A stretch of 64,000 nucleotides of DNA, from the NCBI GenBank assembly GCA_013359225.1, contig JABWCG010000001.1, positions 497,627 to 561,626 of the forward strand, written 5' to 3'. The notes below the pieces were generated by a model that was given only the letters and a program-made list of their open reading frames with translations, did not search any database and was not told the origin of the DNA. Position numbers and translations under genes: made by a program. Every line of letters begins with the position of its first letter. The first letter of the stretch is position 1. Positions 28,995 to 37,983 of the stretch are shown here, piece by piece. Source of the stretch: Candidatus Buchananbacteria bacterium. GTDB lineage: Bacteria; Patescibacteriota; Patescibacteriia; Buchananbacterales; UBA6539.

Positions 28995-29381
28995 TTATTC
29001 GCCAATTGCTTGGTTAATTTTTTTAACAACCTCTGAAGGCATAAAATGGGCTTTAATCAAATAATCGCTTGCACCCAAATCAAGCCCACGTTTTACCTCG
29101 TCTTTTTGGCTTAAATTAGTTAATAAAACAACCGGAATATTTTTAATTTCTTTATCAGATTTTATTTTTGATAAAACCTCAAACCCATCCATCTTTGGCA
29201 AAATGATATCCAAAAGAATCAAGTCAGGTTTTTTCTCCTTAGCCATTTTAAAACCTTTTTCCCCATCATTAGCCAAAAAAACTTCATAGCCTTCCAAACT
29301 TAACTTGGTAGCATAAAGTTCTGCTAAAAATTCATCATCCTCCACTAACAGAATTGTTTTACTTTTTGCCATAATATTCAT
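28995..29381 (-). CDS. Single-domain CheY-like response regulator (PilH/PilG-like).
   Basis: Receiver motifs LLVEDDE, LILLDIILPKMDGFEV and a conserved K. It sits between pilB and pilT. Confidence 0.75.
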   Translation of the reverse strand: MNIMAKSKTILLVEDDEFLAELYATKLSLEGYEVFLANDGEKGFKMAKEKKPDLILLDIILPKMDGFEVLSKIKSDKEIKNIPVVLLTNLSQKDEVKRGLDLGASDYLIKAHFMPSEVVKKINQAIGE

Positions 29382-29412
29382 TACTAATTAATTTTTAACA
29401 TTGTAGCAATTA

Positions 29413-31158
29413 TTAATTTAATTGGGAAACTCTCATTACTTCGTCCAGCGTTGTTTCAGCTTTCAGCGCTTTAATCAGGCAATCTTGAGTCAGTGTAATA
29501 AAATTCTGGCTCTTTAACATTTTGTTGATTTCAATAGTATTACCGCCGCGGTTAATGGCTTCTCGAACTTCGGGAGTAATTTCTAAAATTTCTGATACGG
29601 CAGTTCGGCCTTGATAACCAAGATTACCACAACTGGCGCAGCCAGCACCTTTATAAAACACCGGCTTGTCAATATCAATTCCTTCTAACCCTTCTAAATA
29701 TTTCTTGGGAATCTGGCTTAACTCACTTTTAACTTTTTTCATCATTAGCTCGGGAACTTTTGTTTCCTGTTTGCAGTTTGGGCACAGCTTTCGCGCCAAT
29801 CGTTGAGCAATAACCACGTTCATGACTGACGACAACAAAAATGGTTCAGCGCCTAAGTCGATTAATCGGGGAATTGCACCAACTGAATTGTTAGTATGCA
29901 GCGTTGAAAGCATTAAGTGTCCGGTTAAGCTCGCATGAATAACTAATTCTGTTGTTTCCTTGTCTCTAATTTCTCCCAACATCACCACATTGGGATCTTG
30001 ACGCAAAATTGCCCGCAAACCAGAAGCGAAGGTATAATTGATTTCCTGATTAATCTGTGACTGGTTAACTCCATCAACATAATACTCAATCGGGTCTTCG
30101 AGCGTCACAATATTTATTCCGTCTTTGTTAATCATGGTCAAGATGGTATATAACGTCGTTGTTTTACCAGAACCAGTCGGACCAGTAAGCAGCAGCAAGC
30201 CGTTTGGTTTTTTAATCGCCTCTTTTATGGTTTCAATATGAATACTATTAAAACCAAGCTGATCTAAAGAAGGAATTTGGGCATTTGAATCCAAAATACG
30301 CAAAACAACTTTTTCGCCTTCAAATAACGGCAAAGTTGAAACACGAAAATCAATATCGCGGCCTTCAATATTCAACCGAATCCGGCCATCCTGAGGTTTT
30401 CGGGTTTCATCCAATTTTAAATTTGCCAACACTTTAATGCGCGCCACAATCGCCGAATGAATATATTTTGGTAAAACCAAAGAAGTTCGCAAGATACCGT
30501 CAATACGGTAGCGGACTTTCGTGTCTTTTGTGGTTGGCTCAATGTGAATGTCTGAAGCCCGGCCATCAATCGCGTGGCGAACAATTACTAAAACCATTTT
30601 AGAAACCGGCGCACTCTTAATAACCTCTTCCATCTCCTTCAAAGATTCCTCCGCGGTCTTTTCAACCACTTGTTGCTGTTCATTAATTCCGGCCAAAGCT
30701 TGTTTTACCTCTTCGCCCAACGCCTGATATTGCCGCAAACCTAAGCGAAAACTGGTTGGTGAAATGATGAAATATCTAATTTTTAATCCAGCCTTCTGAG
30801 CTAAAAATTCAACTGCTTCAATCGCTTTAAAATTTTGAGGGTTCACCAAACCAACTCGCAACTCCGACCCTTCTTTTTCAAAGGGTATCATTTGATAGTT
30901 TTCAGCAACCTCCTTAGGAATCAAATTCAAAACTTTTTTGTCAATCGTTTTATTTTGAAAATCGGCAACTGGCGTATTTAAAATTTTTGATTTGGTCGCC
31001 AACAGCTCTTTGTCGGTAATCAATCGTTCCTCAATAATAAGTTCTTCGGGAGTTTTTCGAACTTCCGAAGATTTTTTAAGCAAATCGTCAGCCGCCTGCC
31101 GAGTCAACAGATTACCGGCGACCAATGCTTCAACAAGTTGGGATTGATTTCTTAACAT
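29413..31158 (-). CDS. pilB: Type IV pilus assembly ATPase (GspE family).
   Basis: Walker A LLLTGPTGSGKTTTLY, a tetracysteine CPNC...CASC and N-terminal T2SE_N domains. Length is 581 aa. Confidence 0.9.
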   Translation of the reverse strand: MLRNQSQLVEALVAGNLLTRQAADDLLKKSSEVRKTPEELIIEERLITDKELLATKSKILNTPVADFQNKTIDKKVLNLIPKEVAENYQMIPFEKEGSELRVGLVNPQNFKAIEAVEFLAQKAGLKIRYFIISPTSFRLGLRQYQALGEEVKQALAGINEQQQVVEKTAEESLKEMEEVIKSAPVSKMVLVIVRHAIDGRASDIHIEPTTKDTKVRYRIDGILRTSLVLPKYIHSAIVARIKVLANLKLDETRKPQDGRIRLNIEGRDIDFRVSTLPLFEGEKVVLRILDSNAQIPSLDQLGFNSIHIETIKEAIKKPNGLLLLTGPTGSGKTTTLYTILTMINKDGINIVTLEDPIEYYVDGVNQSQINQEINYTFASGLRAILRQDPNVVMLGEIRDKETTELVIHASLTGHLMLSTLHTNNSVGAIPRLIDLGAEPFLLSSVMNVVIAQRLARKLCPNCKQETKVPELMMKKVKSELSQIPKKYLEGLEGIDIDKPVFYKGAGCASCGNLGYQGRTAVSEILEITPEVREAINRGGNTIEINKMLKSQNFITLTQDCLIKALKAETTLDEVMRVSQLN

Positions 31159-31166
31159 TTAAAAAA

Positions 31167-31478
31167 TTACTGCTCAAGGATACTAAAAGGTATGGATTGA
31201 AAGGGGTTTGGCCTCCCGAGTGCGCCAATTTCCACCGGCAAATTGCCATTTTCCTCTAATCTAGTATACGGTTCCTGAGATAAAAAGCTGGTTTCAAATT
31301 TTGTATTAATAGTCGGAACAACCAATGGTGTCACTTGAATCTCGGTTATTGCACTCGGCCGCATTAAATCTTTCAAAAAATTATCGTAAACCAAATAAGC
31401 AGTTACGCCAACTAAAACAGCCATAACTGAAAGAAGAAAAATTTTCTTTGGTCCTCTGATTTTCTTTGGCAACAGCAT
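31167..31478 (-). CDS. Small membrane-anchored T4P-associated protein (possible PilP analog).
   Basis: 103 aa with a single N-terminal TM. It lies between pilO and pilB. Confidence 0.4.
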   Translation of the reverse strand: MLLPKKIRGPKKIFLLSVMAVLVGVTAYLVYDNFLKDLMRPSAITEIQVTPLVVPTINTKFETSFLSQEPYTRLEENGNLPVEIGALGRPNPFQSIPFSILEQ

Positions 31479-31484
31479 AGGTTT

Positions 31485-32102
31485 TTACTCGGTATAGTAA
31501 GTGAATAAATTAACCGTGTAATCAGTTGATTCTGAATCAAAATAAACCGCATTAACATCAAACAGCCGTAGATTATTTTCCAAATCATCCAAAAAACCCT
31601 TGACCTCCCCGTACGTATTAGATTTTTGAACACCCACCAAAGTCAAACTGATATTCATTTTTTTAATGGTACTGGGGTTGATTTTCTCTTTACTTTTAGT
31701 AGCATCTTCCGCCGCCTCAGTGATCGTAATACCGGAAAGCAAAAAGTTATTTTTTTCTGCTAATGCCTCAAGCTGAACAAAAAGTCCAGCAACATCTTTT
31801 TCTCCGGGCAAAATCTTTTGCAATTTCGCTATTTGGGATTGATTAACCTGAGTGAAATTTCGGTTTAATTCTTCCAGTTGCTTAAGGTAGTCTTTCCGTT
31901 TTTCAAGCTCCTCTGCTAATGTTTTGGTGTTATAACTTCCACCAACACCAACCTGCTGGTATTTTGGTTCTAAAATAAAATAGTAACTCGTCCCAATAAT
32001 GATAATAATAACGATTAGAGTTAACCATTTATGATACTTAAGCAATGCCAATTTCAATTGACTGTTTTTTTCTGTTTTTTTCTGTTCAATATTCTTTGCC
32101 AT
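31485..32102 (-). CDS. pilO: Type IV pilus assembly protein PilO-like.
   Basis: N-terminal TM plus a coiled coil, downstream of pilN. Confidence 0.55.
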   Translation of the reverse strand: MAKNIEQKKTEKNSQLKLALLKYHKWLTLIVIIIIIGTSYYFILEPKYQQVGVGGSYNTKTLAEELEKRKDYLKQLEELNRNFTQVNQSQIAKLQKILPGEKDVAGLFVQLEALAEKNNFLLSGITITEAAEDATKSKEKINPSTIKKMNISLTLVGVQKSNTYGEVKGFLDDLENNLRLFDVNAVYFDSESTDYTVNLFTYYTE

Positions 32103-32105
32103 AAA

Positions 32106-33356
32106 TTAATTACCAGGTTTCAAAAACACTCCCGGCTGAAACTCTAAATTAATGTTGAAATTAACACCAAAGTTATCTCCAGTTTCAAAATCAAATTCTG
32201 TTGACGCTGAATCAATCCTAACCGATTTAACAAAATCAGTTGCTTCCTGAAAAGCGACTAATTGTCGGGCGACTGATTCATAATCTTTACCGACTGCCGC
32301 AAGCACGAGCTTATCCTGACCAGTCATCGCAAAATTTGTGAAATACACCTCATCAACGGTATTTTTTTCTAACAGGGCAAAAAATTTGGTCCAGTAAACA
32401 TGGTTATCTAACAAATCCTTAACTGTCTTCAATCGCTGCTGAAGATCAAGGGCGGCATCTTTACTGGCTTGGGCGCTGGTGATTTGTTTATCAAGATTAG
32501 AAATTTCTGTTTCAAAATCATTAATCTGTTTGGTGATATTAAATTGGTACCAGGTAATACTAAAGTAAGCCCCAACCACCAAAAGTACCACCACAAAAAT
32601 TAAAATAGCGCTCATGGTTAGCTTTCTGGGCAGTTCCAGCTCCGGATGTTTTGACAGCTCTTCAGGAATCAAATTAACGTCTAAGAATCCGGCCGCAGGA
32701 CCCTTAGATTTTTTATCCTTATGATGTTTTTTAAACCGGCTAGTTTTTTCTTGTTTACTTTCGGTTTTAGCCTCAGGGGTTTTATTGTCATTTATATCTT
32801 CAACTCTTGATTCGGCGGGTAGCTGTTTTTTACGGCCAAATGAAAAAACAAACCATTTCTTTTTTTCTTTTTTTTCAGCCTTGTCCTGTTGAGGCTTTTT
32901 AGACTCTATTTCCTCCACCACGGTTTCAGATGGCTTGACGGGCTTGAACGTAACTTCTTCAACCGGCCGAAACGAACTATCACGGGCAACCGACTCATCC
33001 AAACTTGATTTTTTAGCCTGACTAACGGATGATTGGGTGTTAACTTCCGGCTCATTTTCTTTCAAAGAAATTTTTGGAATAGTAAACTCCGTTCTAACAG
33101 CTCGCTTGGTTGCTTCAATATCCGAAGGGCTAATGTCCGACTCTTTAGCGGCAAAAGACATATTCGGCTTTTCTACTTTTTTAGCAAACAAGCGGCTCAT
33201 TAAAGATGGCTTGGAAGCCTTTAGCGGCTGAGTAATTTTATTGCTAGTTGGCGACGACATTGAAACGCTAAAAATCTTAGGCTTTTTGCGAACCGCTTCA
33301 AGCTCTTTTTTTTCCCTTGCTCTCAAATCGTCTGGTAGTAAATTAATTTCTGGCAT
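32106..33356 (-). CDS. pilN: PilN-like protein with a long Lys/Glu-rich N-terminal extension.
   Basis: Begins MPEINLLPDDL, the PilN INLLP signature. A TM sits around residue 260 and a Lys-rich low-complexity insert is present. Confidence 0.6.
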   Translation of the reverse strand: MPEINLLPDDLRAREKKELEAVRKKPKIFSVSMSSPTSNKITQPLKASKPSLMSRLFAKKVEKPNMSFAAKESDISPSDIEATKRAVRTEFTIPKISLKENEPEVNTQSSVSQAKKSSLDESVARDSSFRPVEEVTFKPVKPSETVVEEIESKKPQQDKAEKKEKKKWFVFSFGRKKQLPAESRVEDINDNKTPEAKTESKQEKTSRFKKHHKDKKSKGPAAGFLDVNLIPEELSKHPELELPRKLTMSAILIFVVVLLVVGAYFSITWYQFNITKQINDFETEISNLDKQITSAQASKDAALDLQQRLKTVKDLLDNHVYWTKFFALLEKNTVDEVYFTNFAMTGQDKLVLAAVGKDYESVARQLVAFQEATDFVKSVRIDSASTEFDFETGDNFGVNFNINLEFQPGVFLKPGN

Positions 33357-33359
33357 ATA

Positions 33360-34544
33360 TTATTCAATATCGCGCATTGCTAAACCAATGGCAACTGAAA
33401 ATCGTGGGCCAATTTCATCAAGCACCGGCTTTAATTCTTCCGGATAAATTACCCGTGCCCACGGATCACCCAAAAACACTCTCAGGCCCAAGGAGCTGGA
33501 CAGGTATTCGGGCAAATTAAGCAACAATGACGACCCGCCGGTCAAAACTATTTTTTCAATATTTTTTTGTCCTTGGTTTTTATACAGATTCAAACTATAC
33601 CTGAGCTCATCAATAATCGGCGTTAAGGTTTGTTCAATCGTTTTAGGAACGCTTCCCTGTCCCTTACGATCCGGACTCATGCCAATATCATATTTAAACT
33701 GTTCCGCCCGGCTCAAGCTGACATTTAAACTGTTTGCAATCGCTTTGGTAATCGTCAAACCGCCAACATCAATACTGCGATTCAAAATTGGAATACTATT
33801 AACCACAACTGAAATGTTAGTTACCACCGAACCAATGTCAACCACCATCAGGGCCGATTTATCGTTTCCAACCAACGACCTGATTAAAGCAAATGATTCC
33901 GTATCAAGGCTTAATAAATTCAAACCACTGCCCTTAAAAATATCAATGTAGCGCTTCACCAAATCTTTAGGCGCCGCTGTCAAAAGTATTTTAGTGTATT
34001 TTTTCGGGGTCGTGCTTTTAATTTTCAAAAAACCCTTAGTTCGCAATTCACCAACAGAATCGAGATTATCAGAACCATTACCGTTTTGATTTTTAGCGTC
34101 AGTGACCTGATCACCGTCGAAATCTTCCAAAATTTTCCAGTCTAAAATCATTTCCTCGATTGGTAACGGAATGACCTTTTTTGCCTCCCACTTAACCGCC
34201 GTAGCCAAATCTTTTTTTGCCATCCCTGGCAGATTCAAAATTGAAGAAAAAACCGAATAGGCCGGCAACGAAGTCACCGCTTTTGTTGTCGTCACCTGAG
34301 CCTGAGAATACACCTGTTTAATCAGTTTTGAAGTTTCATTCTTCGAATCGCCGCCTTCCTTGTTCTCGGACTTGTCAATTTCCCGATCAATAAACCCATA
34401 GGTAACCAGGCGTGGACGGCCACCTTCATTTTTTAGTTCTACTATTTTGATGCTGTTCGTATCTACATCAACACCTAAATAACTTTGTGAAGAAGAAAAT
34501 AATCCCATAGTTACGTTTATCTGGAAAATGTTTCTGATCGCCAA
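33360..34544 (-). CDS. pilM: Type IV pilus assembly ATPase-fold protein PilM.
   Basis: Actin-like fold segments LGVDVDTNSIKIVEL and VVDIGSVVTNISVV. Alternative start ATG 34508 would avoid overlap with the upstream gene. Confidence 0.75.
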   Translation of the reverse strand: MAIRNIFQINVTMGLFSSSQSYLGVDVDTNSIKIVELKNEGGRPRLVTYGFIDREIDKSENKEGGDSKNETSKLIKQVYSQAQVTTTKAVTSLPAYSVFSSILNLPGMAKKDLATAVKWEAKKVIPLPIEEMILDWKILEDFDGDQVTDAKNQNGNGSDNLDSVGELRTKGFLKIKSTTPKKYTKILLTAAPKDLVKRYIDIFKGSGLNLLSLDTESFALIRSLVGNDKSALMVVDIGSVVTNISVVVNSIPILNRSIDVGGLTITKAIANSLNVSLSRAEQFKYDIGMSPDRKGQGSVPKTIEQTLTPIIDELRYSLNLYKNQGQKNIEKIVLTGGSSLLLNLPEYLSSSLGLRVFLGDPWARVIYPEELKPVLDEIGPRFSVAIGLAMRDIE

Positions 34545-36979
34545 ATCGGTAAACTCTGAGCAAAATCCGCCATTCCCGGAGGCGTATTCGCCAACAGTCG
34601 ACCGTCATAAATAATAATTTCAGAGCCCTTAAAGGTCGCCTCTTGATCACCGAGCGGGAATTCTCGTTCAAGGAAAAACTTCCTGGCCATCATTAATCCG
34701 GAAACCGTCAAACGATTCTGACAGGCGGTTGAATTATAGCAACTGTGGATTTCACCACATCCCGGTACTGATACTCCCTCTTCCTGACTGCAGCTATTCT
34801 GACCGTCACCAATAACGATAAAGTTTCCAGCCAGCTCACTAACCCCTGGCGCAATGTATAAATCACCCCGAACGATCCACGCTACGGAAGCTAAATTGCG
34901 AAATCTTGTTAAGGCATCCGAATCGTCATAACTGCTATTGGCATTAATGGTAAGGTCACCATTAACAATAATTGTGCCGGCCGCATTAACAAAATTGGTG
35001 CTATTTAAAAACTCAACAAAATTATTAATAGTCAAATCTCCGTCACGATAATAAATCTTTCCGTCCATCGGCTGAGTAATGTCGCTTTGACTGTTAATTT
35101 TTACCACTGTACGCCCAATCTCGTTGACGCAAGTATTCCCTGAAGTCGGCACACAAATCAAGCTGTCTAAATCAAGTTTGCCTAAAATATTTGAATACCT
35201 GGTTTCTGGCGTTGGGAAGTTAATCGGACCAAAATAGGGGCTGACAACATCCTGGCCACGAGCTGATCTGAAATTGACAATACCGCCGCCGGACAAAATT
35301 CGATACGTAGCGTTGTAGCTTGGCGAACCACTGCCGGTTAAGCCTTCTTTGGCATAAATATCCCCATATTTCGTTTGTAGCCATGGCGGAACAGTAAAAC
35401 CGTTAGAACCAAATTCAATCCAACCAAGTCCCCGGAGAGTGCCGGCGCCATCCAAAAATGAATTCCAGGCAAACCCACCCAAACCAAAACGCTGCTCAAT
35501 AAAACAGCTATCTCCTGTTGGACAGTCGCTATCGGCCTGGCAGGCCACGGCTGTTTGTCCTTGGGAAACAACATTACTGACGTCGTAATATACCGTTACT
35601 TCTACCGAATCAACCTCTGCGCCGCTTGGAACCCAATCGTCACCCCTAATTCGATATGCAACACCAAAATTTGAATTGTTAACGTCTTGCGGGGTCAAAT
35701 TAGTTCCCCAAGTATTGCCGGCCCCGCCGTAGGTTACAAAATCAAGCGCACCATTAGGCAGATTGTCGCCAACCGCCTGATTTGTTCCGGCAACCACCTG
35801 GCCATTAACTACTAAACTGACATCATAATCTTTGACAAACGTTCCCGCAGGAGCAGCATTATAGATAATTTCTAAATACGGATCCTGCCCAGTCCCCGCC
35901 TGTTCTGAAGTGTATATCCCAACGTCGGACACTCCGAAACCACCACTAGGTTGCACACCCGATATATCGTGGCCTTCGCGTAGCCCAAGCTTGGTATAAC
36001 CAGTTTTATTAATCCACGAAATGCCGGTGGTGTTAAACGGCAAAGAAAAAACCGGATTGGTTCCAATATCTGTACCAAATACTCTGCTACTTCCTTCAAC
36101 CGGACTATTAATGGCGCCACACAAACCAAAATCAGCAGCGCCCAAGCTACTAACCGACGACTGGGTTGATTGTACAACCGTGACAAAGCCCCATTCGTCA
36201 GGATATAAAAAGTTAACGGCTGAATTTAACACCAGCGCCGCTGAATTAATTGTCGCGTCGTCAGGCAAGGCTGAGGTGTCAAACGGGAAAAACGCCCGAT
36301 ACAAAAACCTATTGCTATTAAAAGGTGATTCGCCGCCGCCAGTATAGGCGTAAGCACCAGTATGATCAGACGAAGTGCCGGCAGTCGCAGTCCGAACCGT
36401 TTCCCAGGTGGTTGTATCAGTACCGGAATAAACAACGTAACCGTCACCCGCCAACGCGTTAATGTCCACCACAACGGCCAAAACTTTCTGACCAAATAAA
36501 GTTTTAACATGATCCAGAAGCGTTAGCTTGGTTTGAGCCACAAAGGCTTCAGGTGTGGTGGTGGCTGTTTCAATCTGATACCAGTCGCGGCCATTTTTCT
36601 CAAACGCCGGTGCGGTATAAAACTTAGTGATGTATTCCTCCTCTTTCTTACCATTATCAGCTTCTTGGATTCCCTTAAGAAAAGTCTGGGAATTGCTAGT
36701 TCGCTTGGTAATATCTTCCGTCAAGCCTTTGTAGACTTCCTGCGGCACCTTAACCTCTGAAACGTAATTATAGACTACAACCGAATCAGTGTCGGCTGCA
36801 TCAATAATTCCGTATGCTAAAATTTTTTCCTTAGGTGATTTCAAAATCTCATTTTCGCTCAAACCTCGCTGCTGATCGTAGTGCTGCCAAAGAGTTATGC
36901 CGATTATAAGCAACAGCGCTACTATTACTAGGCTGATGATAATGATAATTTTTTTTCCAAGGCTAATCGACATAGTCAA
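34517..36979 (-). CDS. Large (820 aa) membrane-anchored extracellular protein that is T4P-associated; candidate adhesin.
   Basis: N-terminal TM and no catalytic motifs. It shares GW-type motifs (LGWIEFGSNGF) with the adjacent 319-aa protein. Confidence 0.5.
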   Translation of the reverse strand: MTMSISLGKKIIIIISLVIVALLLIIGITLWQHYDQQRGLSENEILKSPKEKILAYGIIDAADTDSVVVYNYVSEVKVPQEVYKGLTEDITKRTSNSQTFLKGIQEADNGKKEEEYITKFYTAPAFEKNGRDWYQIETATTTPEAFVAQTKLTLLDHVKTLFGQKVLAVVVDINALAGDGYVVYSGTDTTTWETVRTATAGTSSDHTGAYAYTGGGESPFNSNRFLYRAFFPFDTSALPDDATINSAALVLNSAVNFLYPDEWGFVTVVQSTQSSVSSLGAADFGLCGAINSPVEGSSRVFGTDIGTNPVFSLPFNTTGISWINKTGYTKLGLREGHDISGVQPSGGFGVSDVGIYTSEQAGTGQDPYLEIIYNAAPAGTFVKDYDVSLVVNGQVVAGTNQAVGDNLPNGALDFVTYGGAGNTWGTNLTPQDVNNSNFGVAYRIRGDDWVPSGAEVDSVEVTVYYDVSNVVSQGQTAVACQADSDCPTGDSCFIEQRFGLGGFAWNSFLDGAGTLRGLGWIEFGSNGFTVPPWLQTKYGDIYAKEGLTGSGSPSYNATYRILSGGGIVNFRSARGQDVVSPYFGPINFPTPETRYSNILGKLDLDSLICVPTSGNTCVNEIGRTVVKINSQSDITQPMDGKIYYRDGDLTINNFVEFLNSTNFVNAAGTIIVNGDLTINANSSYDDSDALTRFRNLASVAWIVRGDLYIAPGVSELAGNFIVIGDGQNSCSQEEGVSVPGCGEIHSCYNSTACQNRLTVSGLMMARKFFLEREFPLGDQEATFKGSEIIIYDGRLLANTPPGMADFAQSLPIWRSETFSR

Positions 36980-36991
36980 AAATCTTTTTGA

Positions 36992-37951
36992 TCAATAAGA
37001 CGCTTTCACTTTAAATTTAACTTTAACACCGGTGATCACGGCGTTTGTCGGAATATTAAATCCGAAATTACTGGACCATAAACCATCAGATAATTGCTGA
37101 GTACTTGGCGTGGTGACAGTCTGAGCAACACTGCCGTCTTCGGTAGCGGCATTTTGCGGATTAGTCCACGCCGCCGAAGCACTTTCACTGTGACTAGTAA
37201 CCGTGCCGGAAGTTTTAACTGTTGAATAGCTGTTGGTGACCACGGCATCAGGCAAATTAACAGGTGTGCTGCACGTTCCACCAAAGTCCCCCTCGGTTAG
37301 GCGCACCTGATAATCAGACGAGCTACAATTATCATCACAACCCAAAGAAATTAAGCCGTTGTCGCCCAAAGCAATGGCCTTAGCCCAGCCAACAATCGGC
37401 GGATTATCGGTACCGTTGGCGGTAGCAGTAGCTGCCCAACCGCCGGATGGAATCAATGAACCATAATCAGCCGGATTGCACCCGCCAGTGGCAAATTCAC
37501 AAATACGGGACGGATCACACTGTTGACCAAAACAAACCCAACCGATGCTGTCGGCCCAGGAAAATCCGGTAACCTGATTATTGGCATCAATTTGAGTGTA
37601 ATAGGTTACTGTCTGATCGGTACAAGCGGAAGTTGAAACCCCTGGCGCCAGATATTTCCAATCGCAGTTATCGCTATTCAAAGACAGCCAGCCAAAATTT
37701 TCACTCCAGGCCCAGCCCATTAACTTGGCGCCACAGCTTGCTGTACAGCGCGGCGTATCCCCAGACTCGTCGCACTTCTCAAATAACCCGTCGCTGTTTG
37801 GCGATTGTACAATACCGTCACCACACACAGCGGGTGGCGGGGTTACTGTTTGAGCCTGCACTAAAATTGCTCCGGCTAACGCCGTAACAGTCAGCAGACA
37901 AAAAGTTAACGCGACTCTTTTAATCATTGGTGTTTGTTTTGAAGTTAACAC
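36992..37951 (-). CDS. Secreted Cys/Trp-rich repeat protein.
   Basis: Signal peptide plus a motif repeated three times: GWAWSENFGWLSL, GFSWADSIGWVCF and GWAKAIALGDNGLISLGC. It has many Cys. Confidence 0.5.
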   Translation of the reverse strand: MLTSKQTPMIKRVALTFCLLTVTALAGAILVQAQTVTPPPAVCGDGIVQSPNSDGLFEKCDESGDTPRCTASCGAKLMGWAWSENFGWLSLNSDNCDWKYLAPGVSTSACTDQTVTYYTQIDANNQVTGFSWADSIGWVCFGQQCDPSRICEFATGGCNPADYGSLIPSGGWAATATANGTDNPPIVGWAKAIALGDNGLISLGCDDNCSSSDYQVRLTEGDFGGTCSTPVNLPDAVVTNSYSTVKTSGTVTSHSESASAAWTNPQNAATEDGSVAQTVTTPSTQQLSDGLWSSNFGFNIPTNAVITGVKVKFKVKASY

Positions 37952-37983
37952 TATAAAACCTTAGATTATTTTTAATCTTGGCT

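Noticed and set aside
31412-31633. Small ORFs overlapping gene junctions in the pil operon (31412-31633, 34468-34671).
   Set aside because: They overlap the 3' and 5' ends of pilO, the 103-aa ORF, pilM and the 820-aa gene in other frames, and have no independent support.
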